Origin: Candidatus Eiseniibacteriota bacterium
Lineage (GTDB): Bacteria; Eisenbacteria; RBG-16-71-46
Reading direction: 5' to 3'
Length of the DNA stretch: 64,000 bases
Assembly: GCA_016215625.1 (NCBI GenBank)
Contig: JACRIW010000016.1
Span: 6,025-70,024, forward strand
Every line of letters begins with the position of its first letter. Within the stretch, counting starts at the first letter, position 1. A program made the position numbers and the translations under genes. Below, one piece after another: positions 27,116 through 35,706 of the stretch. The notes under the pieces are model-generated. The model was not told the DNA's origin. It made no database searches and saw only the letters and a program-made list of their open reading frames with translations.

Positions 27116-27434
27116 AACTCCCGGGAACTGGAACGGAGGTGCTGGGGTTTGGGGATGTGACGCCCCGCCGGTTTCGGGCAACAGGCTCAGGACCCTCGCC
27201 GCCCGCCGACCGCCGCACGCTAGGACGCGTGCGCGGGAGCGTCAAACCTGCGCCGCCGGGTTCGCCGGTGCGTCGCGCCGCGATTGGCCTCCCGGCGTGG
27301 CGCCCGGCTTCCGGGTTCCGCGCGCGTGGCGCGCCGCCCCGTGGCTTTGCCGCGGCGCGCGGCCGGGCCGTACAGTGTCGGCGCGGCGCGATCGCGCGCC
27401 GAATCCACCGCGGCCGATCGGACTCCCACATCGC

Positions 27435-28433
27435 ATGAGCGCCCGCCCACACCTGGTCGACTCGCACGGTCGCACCGTGCGCGACCTGCGCATCTCGGTC
27501 ACCGACCGCTGCAACCTGCGGTGCACGTACTGCATGCCCGCCGAAGGCATGCCGTGGCTGCCGCACGAGGCGATCCTCACGTACGAGGAGATCGCGCGCA
27601 TCGCCCGCGTCGCCATGGAGTGCGGCGTCACCGGCGTGCGCCTGACGGGCGGCGAGCCGACCGTGCGCAAGGGACTCACGACGCTCGTGCGACAGCTGCG
27701 CGCGCTCTCCCCCGCGCTCGACCTCAGCATGACGACCAACGGGATCGCGCTGCGCGAGCTGGCCGGGGAACTGCGCGAGGCGGGACTCGACCGGCTCAAC
27801 GTCAGCCTCGACACGCTCGATCGCGACCGTTTCGTCGCGCTCGCGCGCCGCGACAAGCTCGCCGACGTGCTCGCCGGCATCGCGGCCGCCAAGGTGGCGG
27901 GCTTCGCGCCGATCAAGATCAACACCGTGCTCATGCGCGGCTTCAACGAGGACGAGGCGGTCGCGCTCGCGAGCTGGGCGCGCGAGGAAGGCTTCGAACT
28001 GCGCTTCATCGAGTGGATGCCGCTCGACTTCCAGCAGCAGTGGGACCGCACGAAGCTCGTGAGCGGCGAGGAGACGCGTGCGGCGATCCACGCCGTGCAC
28101 CCGCTCGATCCGGCCGAGGGCGACGATCCGAGCGCGCCCGCGCGGCCGTGGCGCTACCGCGACGGGAAGGGCCGCGTCGGGTTCGTGGCGTCGGTGTCGA
28201 ACCCGTTCTGCGGCAGCTGCGACCGCATCCGCCTCACGGCGGACGGCCAGGTGCGCACGTGCCTGTTCGCGCTCAAGGAGTGGGACTTCCGCGCGCTGCT
28301 GCGCGAAGGCGCCACCGACGGGCAGATCGAGCAGCTGCTGCGCGACGCCGTGCTGCGCAAGCAGCCGGGCCACCTGATCGGGCAGGCGGCGTTCCGCCAG
28401 CCCGACCGGGGCATGAGCGCGATCGGCGGCTGA
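27435..28433 (+). CDS. moaA: GTP 3',8-cyclase MoaA (radical SAM, molybdenum cofactor biosynthesis)
   Basis: MSARPHLVDSHGRTVRDLRISVTDRCNLRCTYCMP contains the CxxxCxxC radical-SAM cluster. The C-terminal CGSCDRIRLTADGQVRTCLF is the second cluster. This is the internal ATG of ORF 26883..28433. Confidence 0.85.
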   Translation: MSARPHLVDSHGRTVRDLRISVTDRCNLRCTYCMPAEGMPWLPHEAILTYEEIARIARVAMECGVTGVRLTGGEPTVRKGLTTLVRQLRALSPALDLSMTTNGIALRELAGELREAGLDRLNVSLDTLDRDRFVALARRDKLADVLAGIAAAKVAGFAPIKINTVLMRGFNEDEAVALASWAREEGFELRFIEWMPLDFQQQWDRTKLVSGEETRAAIHAVHPLDPAEGDDPSAPARPWRYRDGKGRVGFVASVSNPFCGSCDRIRLTADGQVRTCLFALKEWDFRALLREGATDGQIEQLLRDAVLRKQPGHLIGQAAFRQPDRGMSAIGG

Positions 28434-28442
28434 GGCCGGACG

Positions 28443-28940
28443 TCAGTCCTCGGAGTCGCCTCCGGCCATCGCCTGGGCGTCGTAGCCGTAGAGCTTCTCG
28501 AGCAGCTGCGAGATCTGGCGCGCGTCGTCCTCGCTGATCATCTCGCCGACCTTCTTGTGCACGGCCTTCACCTTGGCGTTGACGGGCGCGATCAGCGCGC
28601 GACCCTTCGCCGTGATGGTCGTGATCGCCTGGCGGCCGTCCTCGCCCGAGCGCGCGCGCTCGACGAGCCCGCGCTTCACGAGCCGGTCGATCATGCGCGT
28701 CATGTCCGGCGCGCGGTCGATCATGCGGCGCGAGATCTCCCCGCGCGAATAACCGGCCGGGTAGGCGCCGTTGAGGATCCGCAGCAGGTTGTACTGCGGA
28801 AACGTGAGGTCGGTGTCCTCGAACGCCTCGTCCATGCGCATGCGGATGAACGTGTTCGCGAGCATGATGTTGATCATCATCTCGTGAACGGAGTTCTCGA
28901 ACTTCGACGTCAGCAGTCGCTTCTGGAGTGCAATTCCCAT
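28443..28940 (-). CDS. MarR-family transcriptional regulator
   Basis: The ORF is 165 aa. The winged-helix region is FPQYNLLRILNGAYPAGYSRGEISRRMIDRAPDMTRMIDRLVKRGLVERARSGEDGRQAITTITAKG. Confidence 0.75.
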   Translation of the reverse strand: MGIALQKRLLTSKFENSVHEMMINIMLANTFIRMRMDEAFEDTDLTFPQYNLLRILNGAYPAGYSRGEISRRMIDRAPDMTRMIDRLVKRGLVERARSGEDGRQAITTITAKGRALIAPVNAKVKAVHKKVGEMISEDDARQISQLLEKLYGYDAQAMAGGDSED

Positions 28941-29248
28941 GGTCTCGCTAGGTCTTGGAGCTCGGGGGGGCCTGCGGGAGCAGTTTGTGTGGGTACTCGG
29001 TCATTCGATGGACCGGACAAGGGACCGAACAAAGTGCTTCTCGGCGGGGAGCAGATTCGCACGATTGGGGCCACGCCGCACGCGCGTTTCTGCTCCCGGC
29101 TCACTTTTCCGTCCGAACACGAGCAGTGGTCCCGAACGCTTCGATCGACAGCTCCACCGCGGCCGGAAGGGCCGGGGCCCACGGGTGCGCGCCTCGAGCA
29201 CTCACGTGGACCCTGCCGGATGCGGCCACGTGGCACCCGCCCCGACCT

Positions 29249-30247
29249 TCATGCAGGCGATCCGGCGGCATCCGGGAGCGCGGGGCGCGGCCCGAGGAAC
29301 ATGACCTCTTCCTCGAGCTCGACGCCGAACTTCGCGCGCACGCGCGCCTTGAGCGTCTCGGCGAGCGCCAGCATGTCGCGCGCGGTGGCGTGCCCGGCGT
29401 TGACGAGGATGTTCGCGTGCTTCGCGAACACCGCGGCGTCGCCCACGCGCAGGCCGCGCGCGTCGCAGGCGTCGAGCAGCGCGCCCGCGGGAATGCGGTG
29501 CGTGCCCGGCGAGTGCGGCAGCCCGGGTACCTGGAAGCCCGGCGGCAGGTTCTTGAAGTAGCTGCCCGCCGTCGGCTCGGTGCGCCACTGCGGGTGCTTC
29601 ACACGGCGGATCTCGAGCTTCTCGTCCATCTCGCGCTGGATCGCCGCGCGCTCTCCCGCCTCGAGCTGCAGCAGGCACGAGAGGATCACGTGCGGCTCGC
29701 GCTTAAGGCGCGTGTCGCGGTACTCGAACGCGAACCACGAAGCGGGATGGGTCTCGACCTTCGCGCCGTCGAGCGTCGCGACCGTGCACTCGATCACGCG
29801 CGCGCCGATGTCCTGGCCGTAGCAGCCGGCGTTGCCGTACAGCGCGCCGCCGACCGAACCCGGGATGCCCGCGGCGTACGCGAGCCCGGCGAGCGCCTGA
29901 TCGCGGCACTTCGCGATGAACTCGAGGTAGTCCGCGCCGCCCTCGACGAACGCCGCGGTGCCGTCGAACTCGACGCGCTCGCAGGCGTTCCGGATCACCA
30001 TGCCGCGCAGGCCGTCGTCCGAGACGAGCAGGTTGCTGCCGCCGCCGAGCAGGAACACCGGCATGCCGAGCTGGTGCGCGAGACGCAGCGCCTGCACGAG
30101 CACGTCGGTCGTGCGCGCGGTGACGAAGAAGTCGGCCGGCCCGCCGATCCGGAAGGTCGTGTGATGGCGGAGCGGCTCGCCGGTGAGCAGGTCGTCGCCG
30201 AGTTCACGGCGCAGGAGCGCCTCGGCGGCGCGATCGGGCGTGGACAT
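29249..30247 (-). CDS. murB: UDP-N-acetylenolpyruvoylglucosamine reductase MurB
   Basis: The M80 start gives MSTPDRAAEALLRRELGDDLLTGEPLRHHTTFRIGGPADFFV...GGGSNLLVSD...GIPGSVGGALYGNAGCYG, matching the FAD-binding and MurB C-terminal motifs. Confidence 0.8.
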   Translation of the reverse strand: MSTPDRAAEALLRRELGDDLLTGEPLRHHTTFRIGGPADFFVTARTTDVLVQALRLAHQLGMPVFLLGGGSNLLVSDDGLRGMVIRNACERVEFDGTAAFVEGGADYLEFIAKCRDQALAGLAYAAGIPGSVGGALYGNAGCYGQDIGARVIECTVATLDGAKVETHPASWFAFEYRDTRLKREPHVILSCLLQLEAGERAAIQREMDEKLEIRRVKHPQWRTEPTAGSYFKNLPPGFQVPGLPHSPGTHRIPAGALLDACDARGLRVGDAAVFAKHANILVNAGHATARDMLALAETLKARVRAKFGVELEEEVMFLGPRPALPDAAGSPA

Positions 30248-30335
30248 GCGCGCACGTTGCATCGGCCGCCGCGAGGCGGTCAAATGCGCGCTCGCCGCAC
30301 CACGCTCGCTTCCGTCCGGCACCCCACGAGGTGAC

Positions 30336-32240
30336 ATGCGCCCCACGCGCCACCACGCCGCCGCCACGAATTCGTCCGCGCCGTCTGCGCGTTCCGCGCG
30401 TTCAGCCGCCCTGCGGCTTCCGGCGCTCGCGGCGCTGGTCGCGCTCGCGCTCAAGCTCTCGGCGCTGCGCCGGCTGCTCGGCACGCCGCTCGCGGAACTG
30501 CGCGAGGCGGACGCCGAGGCGTACTGGCGCTGGTCGGGCGCGCTGCTCGAGTCGGGCGGGCGCGGCGACGCGCCGTTCTTCCTCGGACCGCTCTACCCCT
30601 ACACGCTCGCGCTCGTGCGCGCGCTCGCCGGGCACTCGGTCGCGCTCGTACTCGCGTTGCAGTGCGTCGCGGGCGCGCTCGCGATCGGCCTGCTCACGTT
30701 CGCGGCGGAGCGCCTCGCCGGGCGTGCCGTCGCGCTCACCGTCGGGCTGCTGCTCGCGGCGAACGCGTCGTGGACGTTCTTCGACCTGCTCGTGCTCTCG
30801 GAGTCGCTGCAGCTCGCGCTCGGCTCGGCGCTGCTCGCGGTGATGGTGTCGTGGCGCTGGGAGGAGCGCCCGCGCGCCGGAGCCGCGCTCGCGGGTGCGC
30901 TCGTCGGGCTGCTCGCGCTCGCACGGCCCAGCTCGGCGCTGCTGCTGCTGCCGCTCGTCGCGCTGTTCGCCGCGCGTGCGCCGCGGCGCGCGTTCGGGGG
31001 CACCGTGCTCGCGGCGGCACTCGCGATCGCGGCGTGCGCCGCCCCGGCCACGTGGCATCACGCGCGCGTGAGCGGTGAGTTCGTGCCCTGGACCTACAGC
31101 GGCGGCTTCAACCTGTTCGTCGGCCACGGCCCGTGGGCGAACGGCACGTGGAGCATGCCCGCACTGAAAGCCTCGTCGTTCGCGGGCGCGGCGCACGACG
31201 CGCCGAGCCGCGCGGGCGACTACGCCGAGGCGGTCGTGCGCGCCACCGGTCGCGAACCGAGCCCGCGCGAGCACAGCGACTACTTCGCGGACATGGCGTT
31301 CTCGTCCATGCGCGCCGAACCGGGACGCGCGCTGTCGCTGACCGCGCGCAAGCTGCTGCTCGCGTTCCACCACCGCGAGCTGCCGCAGATCGAGAGCCGC
31401 GAAGCGTACGAGCACCTGCTGGGCCCGCTCGGCGTGCCCGGGCTGGGCTCGTTCGCGCTCCTCGCGGTGCTCGGGCTCGCCGGCTTCGCATGCGCGTGGC
31501 GCACCGACGTGCCGTCGCGCGCGATCCTCGGCATCGCGCTCGTGCACGTGGCCGCGATGTGCGCGTTCTTCGTGACCGACCGCTATCGCGTGCACCTCGT
31601 GCCGCCGCTCGCGCTGGGTGCGGCGTTCTCGCTGCGTGCGCTCGCCGATCTCGCGCGGCGCCGCCGCGTGCCGCTCCTGCGGCTCGCGACCGGCGCGGCG
31701 ATCGGCGCGCTGCTCACGTTCGCGCCGGCGTACCCGTACGCGCGCACCCGCACCGCGTGGGACGCCGCCGTCACGAGCGGCGACGCCTACCTGCGGGCGG
31801 GCGACCCCGCGCGCGCGCTCACCGCCTACGACGACGCGGTCGCGATCGACCGGCGCGAAGGGGACGCGGGCGATCGCTCCGCGATGCGGCGCAAGATCCG
31901 CGCGGCGCTGTACGCCTCGCGCGCGATCGCGCTCGTCGAGCTGCGGCGCACGGCGGACGCCGCGGCCGAACTGGAGAGGGCCGTGGCGATCGACCCGTCC
32001 GACGGCGAGCTGGCGTTCTGGCTCGCCGACCTGCACGCGCTCGGCGGACGGCACGACGAGGCGGCGCGCGCCCTCGCGCTCGCCGGTCTCCCCCGCGAAC
32101 GCTGGGCCGTGCATTTCGAGGCGCTCGCCGTGGCGCGCGCGGCCGAGGGGCGATCGGAGGAGGCCGCCGCGTTCCGCCGTGCCGCGGGCGTGTTCGCGGC
32201 GAGGGACACCGTTCCGGACCGTGCGGCCCCGCGCAGGTGA
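30336..32240 (+). CDS. Membrane glycosyltransferase of the GT39/ArnT/PMT-like (dolichyl-phosphate-mannose mannosyltransferase) family, with C-terminal TPR repeats
   Basis: The internal ATG gives MRPTRHH.... There are multiple TM helices, a PFFLGPLYPY motif near the first loop (the DE-like loop of GT-C enzymes), and TPR-like C-terminal repeats (AYLRAGDPARALTAYDDAVAID...). It is divergent from murB. Confidence 0.55.
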   Translation: MRPTRHHAAATNSSAPSARSARSAALRLPALAALVALALKLSALRRLLGTPLAELREADAEAYWRWSGALLESGGRGDAPFFLGPLYPYTLALVRALAGHSVALVLALQCVAGALAIGLLTFAAERLAGRAVALTVGLLLAANASWTFFDLLVLSESLQLALGSALLAVMVSWRWEERPRAGAALAGALVGLLALARPSSALLLLPLVALFAARAPRRAFGGTVLAAALAIAACAAPATWHHARVSGEFVPWTYSGGFNLFVGHGPWANGTWSMPALKASSFAGAAHDAPSRAGDYAEAVVRATGREPSPREHSDYFADMAFSSMRAEPGRALSLTARKLLLAFHHRELPQIESREAYEHLLGPLGVPGLGSFALLAVLGLAGFACAWRTDVPSRAILGIALVHVAAMCAFFVTDRYRVHLVPPLALGAAFSLRALADLARRRRVPLLRLATGAAIGALLTFAPAYPYARTRTAWDAAVTSGDAYLRAGDPARALTAYDDAVAIDRREGDAGDRSAMRRKIRAALYASRAIALVELRRTADAAAELERAVAIDPSDGELAFWLADLHALGGRHDEAARALALAGLPRERWAVHFEALAVARAAEGRSEEAAAFRRAAGVFAARDTVPDRAAPRR

Positions 32241-32293
32241 TAACCTGCGAGCCGCTCGCGCACGGCGCGCGTGCGGCACACGAGGAGTCCCCC

Positions 32294-32515
32294 GTGACGA
32301 TCGAGATCCAGTACTGCGTGCAGTGAAACTATCTGCCCCGGGCCTCCAGGTTGGCGGCCGAGATCCAGCGTGAACGCGGCATCACCCCGACGCTCGTGAA
32401 GGGCACCGGCGGTGTGTTCGAAGTGACCATCGACGGCAAGCTCGTCTTCTCGAAGAAGGCGCTCGGCCGGCACGCGGAGATCGACGAGATCCTCGCACTG
32501 ATCCCGGCGACGTGA
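32294..32515 (+). CDS. selW: SelW/Rdx-family small thiol-redox protein with an in-frame TGA at the CxxU position (putative selenoprotein)
   Basis: A GTG has GAGGAG 5-6 nt upstream. Translation gives VTIEIQYCVQ-TGA-NYLPRASRLAAEIQRERGITPTLVKGTGGVFEVTIDGKLVFSKKALGRHAEIDEILALIPAT, which closely matches the SelW/Rdx signature (IEYCxxU.YxPRA...GGGVFEV.VDG.LVFSK...G.FP). The TGA at 32324-32326 sits exactly at the Sec position. The ORF track ends ORF 31133..32326 here. Confidence 0.6.
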
Positions 32516-32517
32516 CG

Positions 32518-32547
32518 GGCGGGCGCGATCACGCGCCCGCCTTTCCC
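32518..32547. terminator. Rho-independent-type terminator hairpin between convergent genes
   Basis: GGCGGGCGCG-atca-CGCGCCCGCC is a perfect 10-bp stem with a 4-nt loop, followed by TTTCCC. It starts 3 nt after the selW stop. Confidence 0.5.
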
Positions 32548-32552
32548 GCGGG

Positions 32553-33281
32553 TCACCGGTAGAGCGACTTGATGCTGCCCCACGTGCGATTGCGCACGGG
32601 CACGAGCGCACAGTTGCCCGGCAGGCCACCCTGCCACGTCGCCACATCGCTCGAAGCCGCGCCGGAAACGACGACCGACGGCAGACCATCCGACTGCACC
32701 AGGTTCACCGAGTTGAGCACGAGGCACGCGGGCTCGTCGCAGCCGGTGCACGCCGACGACCCGACGGTGTTCACGTTCAGGACCGTGTAGCGCACGGCGT
32801 AGTACTCGCGCGCCGGATCCATCGGGATCACCTGCGACGAATCCATCACGAAGATCGTCACGATGCGCGCGCGATCGTTCATGCCCGCGAACCCCTTCGT
32901 GAATGTGGTCGTGCCCGCGCCCGCGAGGCCGCGCAGGTAGTCGGCGCAGCCGGGCTGGCCGTTCATGTCGCCGCCCACCTGGAGCGCCGAGCGGCACAGG
33001 CCGGGACCGCGGACCGCCCACCACGGCGTGAAGCCGGGGTTCTGCGTGAGCAGGTCCACGACGATCTCGAAGCTCTTCACCTTCGTGAGCCCCGCGGGCG
33101 GCACGACCGAGCCGTACAGCACGTTGATGCCGATGTTCGACGCGCACGCCGAATTGCGATTGGTGGCGCCCCCGCCACCGATGCACTCGTTCCAGCCGAG
33201 GTTGACGCCCACGGCGTGCGCGAGCGCGGGGGCGCACGCGAGCACGAGCATCGTCACGAACATCGTCATCGCCTTCTTCAC
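32553..33281 (-). CDS. Secreted hypothetical protein
   Basis: MKKAMTMFVTMLVLACAPALAHA is a signal peptide. The protein is 242 aa and Cys-containing (several C...C pairs). Confidence 0.45.
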   Translation of the reverse strand: MKKAMTMFVTMLVLACAPALAHAVGVNLGWNECIGGGGATNRNSACASNIGINVLYGSVVPPAGLTKVKSFEIVVDLLTQNPGFTPWWAVRGPGLCRSALQVGGDMNGQPGCADYLRGLAGAGTTTFTKGFAGMNDRARIVTIFVMDSSQVIPMDPAREYYAVRYTVLNVNTVGSSACTGCDEPACLVLNSVNLVQSDGLPSVVVSGAASSDVATWQGGLPGNCALVPVRNRTWGSIKSLYR

Positions 33282-33300
33282 CGCATGCCGCCTTCCGTCT

Positions 33301-35706
33301 TCACCGCATGATCACGAAGCGCCCGGTCTGGTGCCGCGACGCGCTGTCCACCACGAAGAGATACACCCCGGACGCCACGTCCTGGCCGTTGCGCGAGATG
33401 AGATTCCACGAGGCCTGTCCGTCGCCCGAGCTTCCGTCGTGCGGGATCTCGGCCACGAGATCGCCCGCGAGCGTGTAGATGCGGACGGTGCAACGTTCGC
33501 GCGGCAGCCCGAGGAAGTCCACGTGCTTCGTGAACACGTCGCCGGGCACCGCCGGGCGGTCCCACGGCGCGCTCGCGCGGTACGGGTTCGGCGCGACCCA
33601 CACGTTCCCGCCGCGCGCGCCGGCCGCGACGTGCGGCACGACGCGCGCGTCGAAGTCCGGCTCGAACGAACTCTCGAGTTCGGCGACGTAGCCGGGCAGC
33701 GTGTCGTACGGCGCGTGCGCGCGCAGGAACGACGTCACGACGTAGCTGTAGTCGAAGCCGTCGTGCACGGTGGAATCCACGAACGCGTAGCGCCCAATCG
33801 CGTGCACCGGGATGCCGTCCACGTCGCCGGTGACGGGCGAAGACTCGTCGGTGATGCCCGCGAGCGTCGCGCCGCTGGCGCCATCGGCATTGAATACCGC
33901 GAGGCGCTGCCAGCGCTCGGGCGGCGGTAGCAGGCCGTCGCGGCGCCAGTCCGAAAGCCGGTAGAGCTTGTAGCCCGCGAAGCGCAACCCCGAGTCACCG
34001 ACGCGTCCCGAGGCGAGCACGGCCTCGGGTGCATCGTTCCACTCGATGCGCGCGTACGAATCGCCCGCGCTGGCGCGCTGTGCGGGCGGTGGCGGCAGCA
34101 GCGACAGGAGGTACCACGGGCGCGTGCGGTCCACGCCGTCGTTGCCGGTGCAGCCGTCGCAGTCGAGATCGGTCCAGATGGGCTTGCCGTGGCGGTACTC
34201 GATCTCGAAGGAGATGGACGGGCCTTGTGTGAGCGGATCCGGCGTGTAGTCGTCGTACACTTTCTGCGGGCAATGCGGATCGTAGGAGAACACGATGCCC
34301 TCGGGTGGCTCGTAATAGGTCTCGTGACCGTTCACGCCGGTCGCGCCGGCGAACCAGGCGCCGGCCTTCGCCGTGTCGGGCAGCATGTTGAACCGTGAGC
34401 CGCGCTGCAGGTCGCGCGCGGTGATCGCGAGTGCCGGGATGCTGTCGCGCGTCGAGGCTGCGACGAACGCGACGGAGAACTCGACCGATTGCCCCGGCGC
34501 CAGGTACGCGAACGGACCGCACGAGACGAGCACCGACACGTCCTGCGGGAGCGTCTCGTCGCGCACTCCCGGCCAGCGTCCCTCGAGGGCCTCCCAGCGG
34601 TCGCGGTCGAGCGACGGCGGCCCACCCTGCCCCGGCGGCAGTCCCGGCGAATACGAGTAGACATGAAAGGTCGTGTCGTACGCGGGTGCGCGTGCCGCCG
34701 CACGCGCCTCGCGCACACCGGGAAACACGTCGTTGGTGAACGTCGCGAGCGGATCCGTCGTGTGCGACAGCGGCACGATCGCGCCGATCGGCACGTTTGC
34801 CTGCCCGGGCAGCGGCGCCGCCGCGATCGCCGCGCCCTGCGTGCGCTCGAAGCACGGTTTCCGCCAGTAGCCGCCCGCATTGATCGCCGACTCGGGCTTC
34901 GGCACCACGCGCGAGTACGGGATGCGCGCGACCGCGTCGTCGAGATGGCCCGCGCCTTCGTTACGCCCGCGCGAATCGAGGTCGGCGTACAGCCCGAGCC
35001 GGAGGTCGCGCACGGTGTGCGCCGAATGGTTCGTGACCACGAAGCGCACGCACGCGATGCCGTCGAGCCCCGGCCGGTTGTACGTGAACGCCTCCTGGTG
35101 CACGGAGAGCCCGAGCGGCACGTGCTGTTCGCCACCGTCGTAGCCGTATTGGATCGCCTCGCGCGTGTCGTCGGTGTACTCGGCGGTGAGTAGTTCCTGC
35201 GCGGGCATGTCGAAGTCCTCGTCCACGAGTCCGTCGCCGTCGTCGTCGCGGCCGTTCACGATCTCCTCGTCGACTCGGCCGTCGCCGTCGTCGTCCACGT
35301 TCCAGCGTCCGCCGGGATCACCGGCCACCGTGAGCCGCACGCGGTCGTCCGGCTCGAGCGTCGGCCGCCACTCGAGCATCGGGCCGCCGGACACGCGGCG
35401 CTCACCCGACCCGGTGAGCCCGCCGACCCACAGTTCGGCGTGACCGAGCAGCTCGTGCCCGCTGCCGCTCGGGAACTCCCACGACGGATCGTACGAGCGC
35501 CCGTTGACGAACCACGGATTGCCGAGCACGCCGACGTTGCTCACGCGCAGCGAGAAGCGGCCCGCGTGCAGCACGGGGCCACGGTCCTCGATGTCCATCA
35601 CGGCGAAGGCGGGCGGCGCGAGCACGCACAGAGCCCCGCACGCGGCCACGCATGCGGCCCATGTGGCGACCACGGCGAGCGCGCGGCGGCGGAAAGGCGG
35701 GCTCAT
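33301..35706 (-). CDS. Large secreted protein with calcium-binding Asp-rich repeats and a C-terminal T9SS sorting domain
   Basis: The ATG at 35706 (MSPPFRRRALAVVATWAACVAACGALCVLAPPAFA, a signal peptide) overlaps the stop of the upstream gene (ATGA). DDDGDGRVDEEIVNGRDDDGDGLVDEDFD is thrombospondin-type-3-like. The C-terminus GVYLFVVDSASRHQTGRFVIMR is a T9SS CTD-like pattern. The longer ORF (to 37902) overlaps the upstream gene in another frame. Confidence 0.55.
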   Translation of the reverse strand: MSPPFRRRALAVVATWAACVAACGALCVLAPPAFAVMDIEDRGPVLHAGRFSLRVSNVGVLGNPWFVNGRSYDPSWEFPSGSGHELLGHAELWVGGLTGSGERRVSGGPMLEWRPTLEPDDRVRLTVAGDPGGRWNVDDDGDGRVDEEIVNGRDDDGDGLVDEDFDMPAQELLTAEYTDDTREAIQYGYDGGEQHVPLGLSVHQEAFTYNRPGLDGIACVRFVVTNHSAHTVRDLRLGLYADLDSRGRNEGAGHLDDAVARIPYSRVVPKPESAINAGGYWRKPCFERTQGAAIAAAPLPGQANVPIGAIVPLSHTTDPLATFTNDVFPGVREARAAARAPAYDTTFHVYSYSPGLPPGQGGPPSLDRDRWEALEGRWPGVRDETLPQDVSVLVSCGPFAYLAPGQSVEFSVAFVAASTRDSIPALAITARDLQRGSRFNMLPDTAKAGAWFAGATGVNGHETYYEPPEGIVFSYDPHCPQKVYDDYTPDPLTQGPSISFEIEYRHGKPIWTDLDCDGCTGNDGVDRTRPWYLLSLLPPPPAQRASAGDSYARIEWNDAPEAVLASGRVGDSGLRFAGYKLYRLSDWRRDGLLPPPERWQRLAVFNADGASGATLAGITDESSPVTGDVDGIPVHAIGRYAFVDSTVHDGFDYSYVVTSFLRAHAPYDTLPGYVAELESSFEPDFDARVVPHVAAGARGGNVWVAPNPYRASAPWDRPAVPGDVFTKHVDFLGLPRERCTVRIYTLAGDLVAEIPHDGSSGDGQASWNLISRNGQDVASGVYLFVVDSASRHQTGRFVIMR

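Noticed and set aside
31133-32326. 397-aa + strand ORF ending at 32326
   Set aside because: For most of its length it overlaps the GT39-like gene out of frame. Only its last 11 codons are real, as the N-terminus of the SelW-like gene, and its stop is the putative Sec codon.
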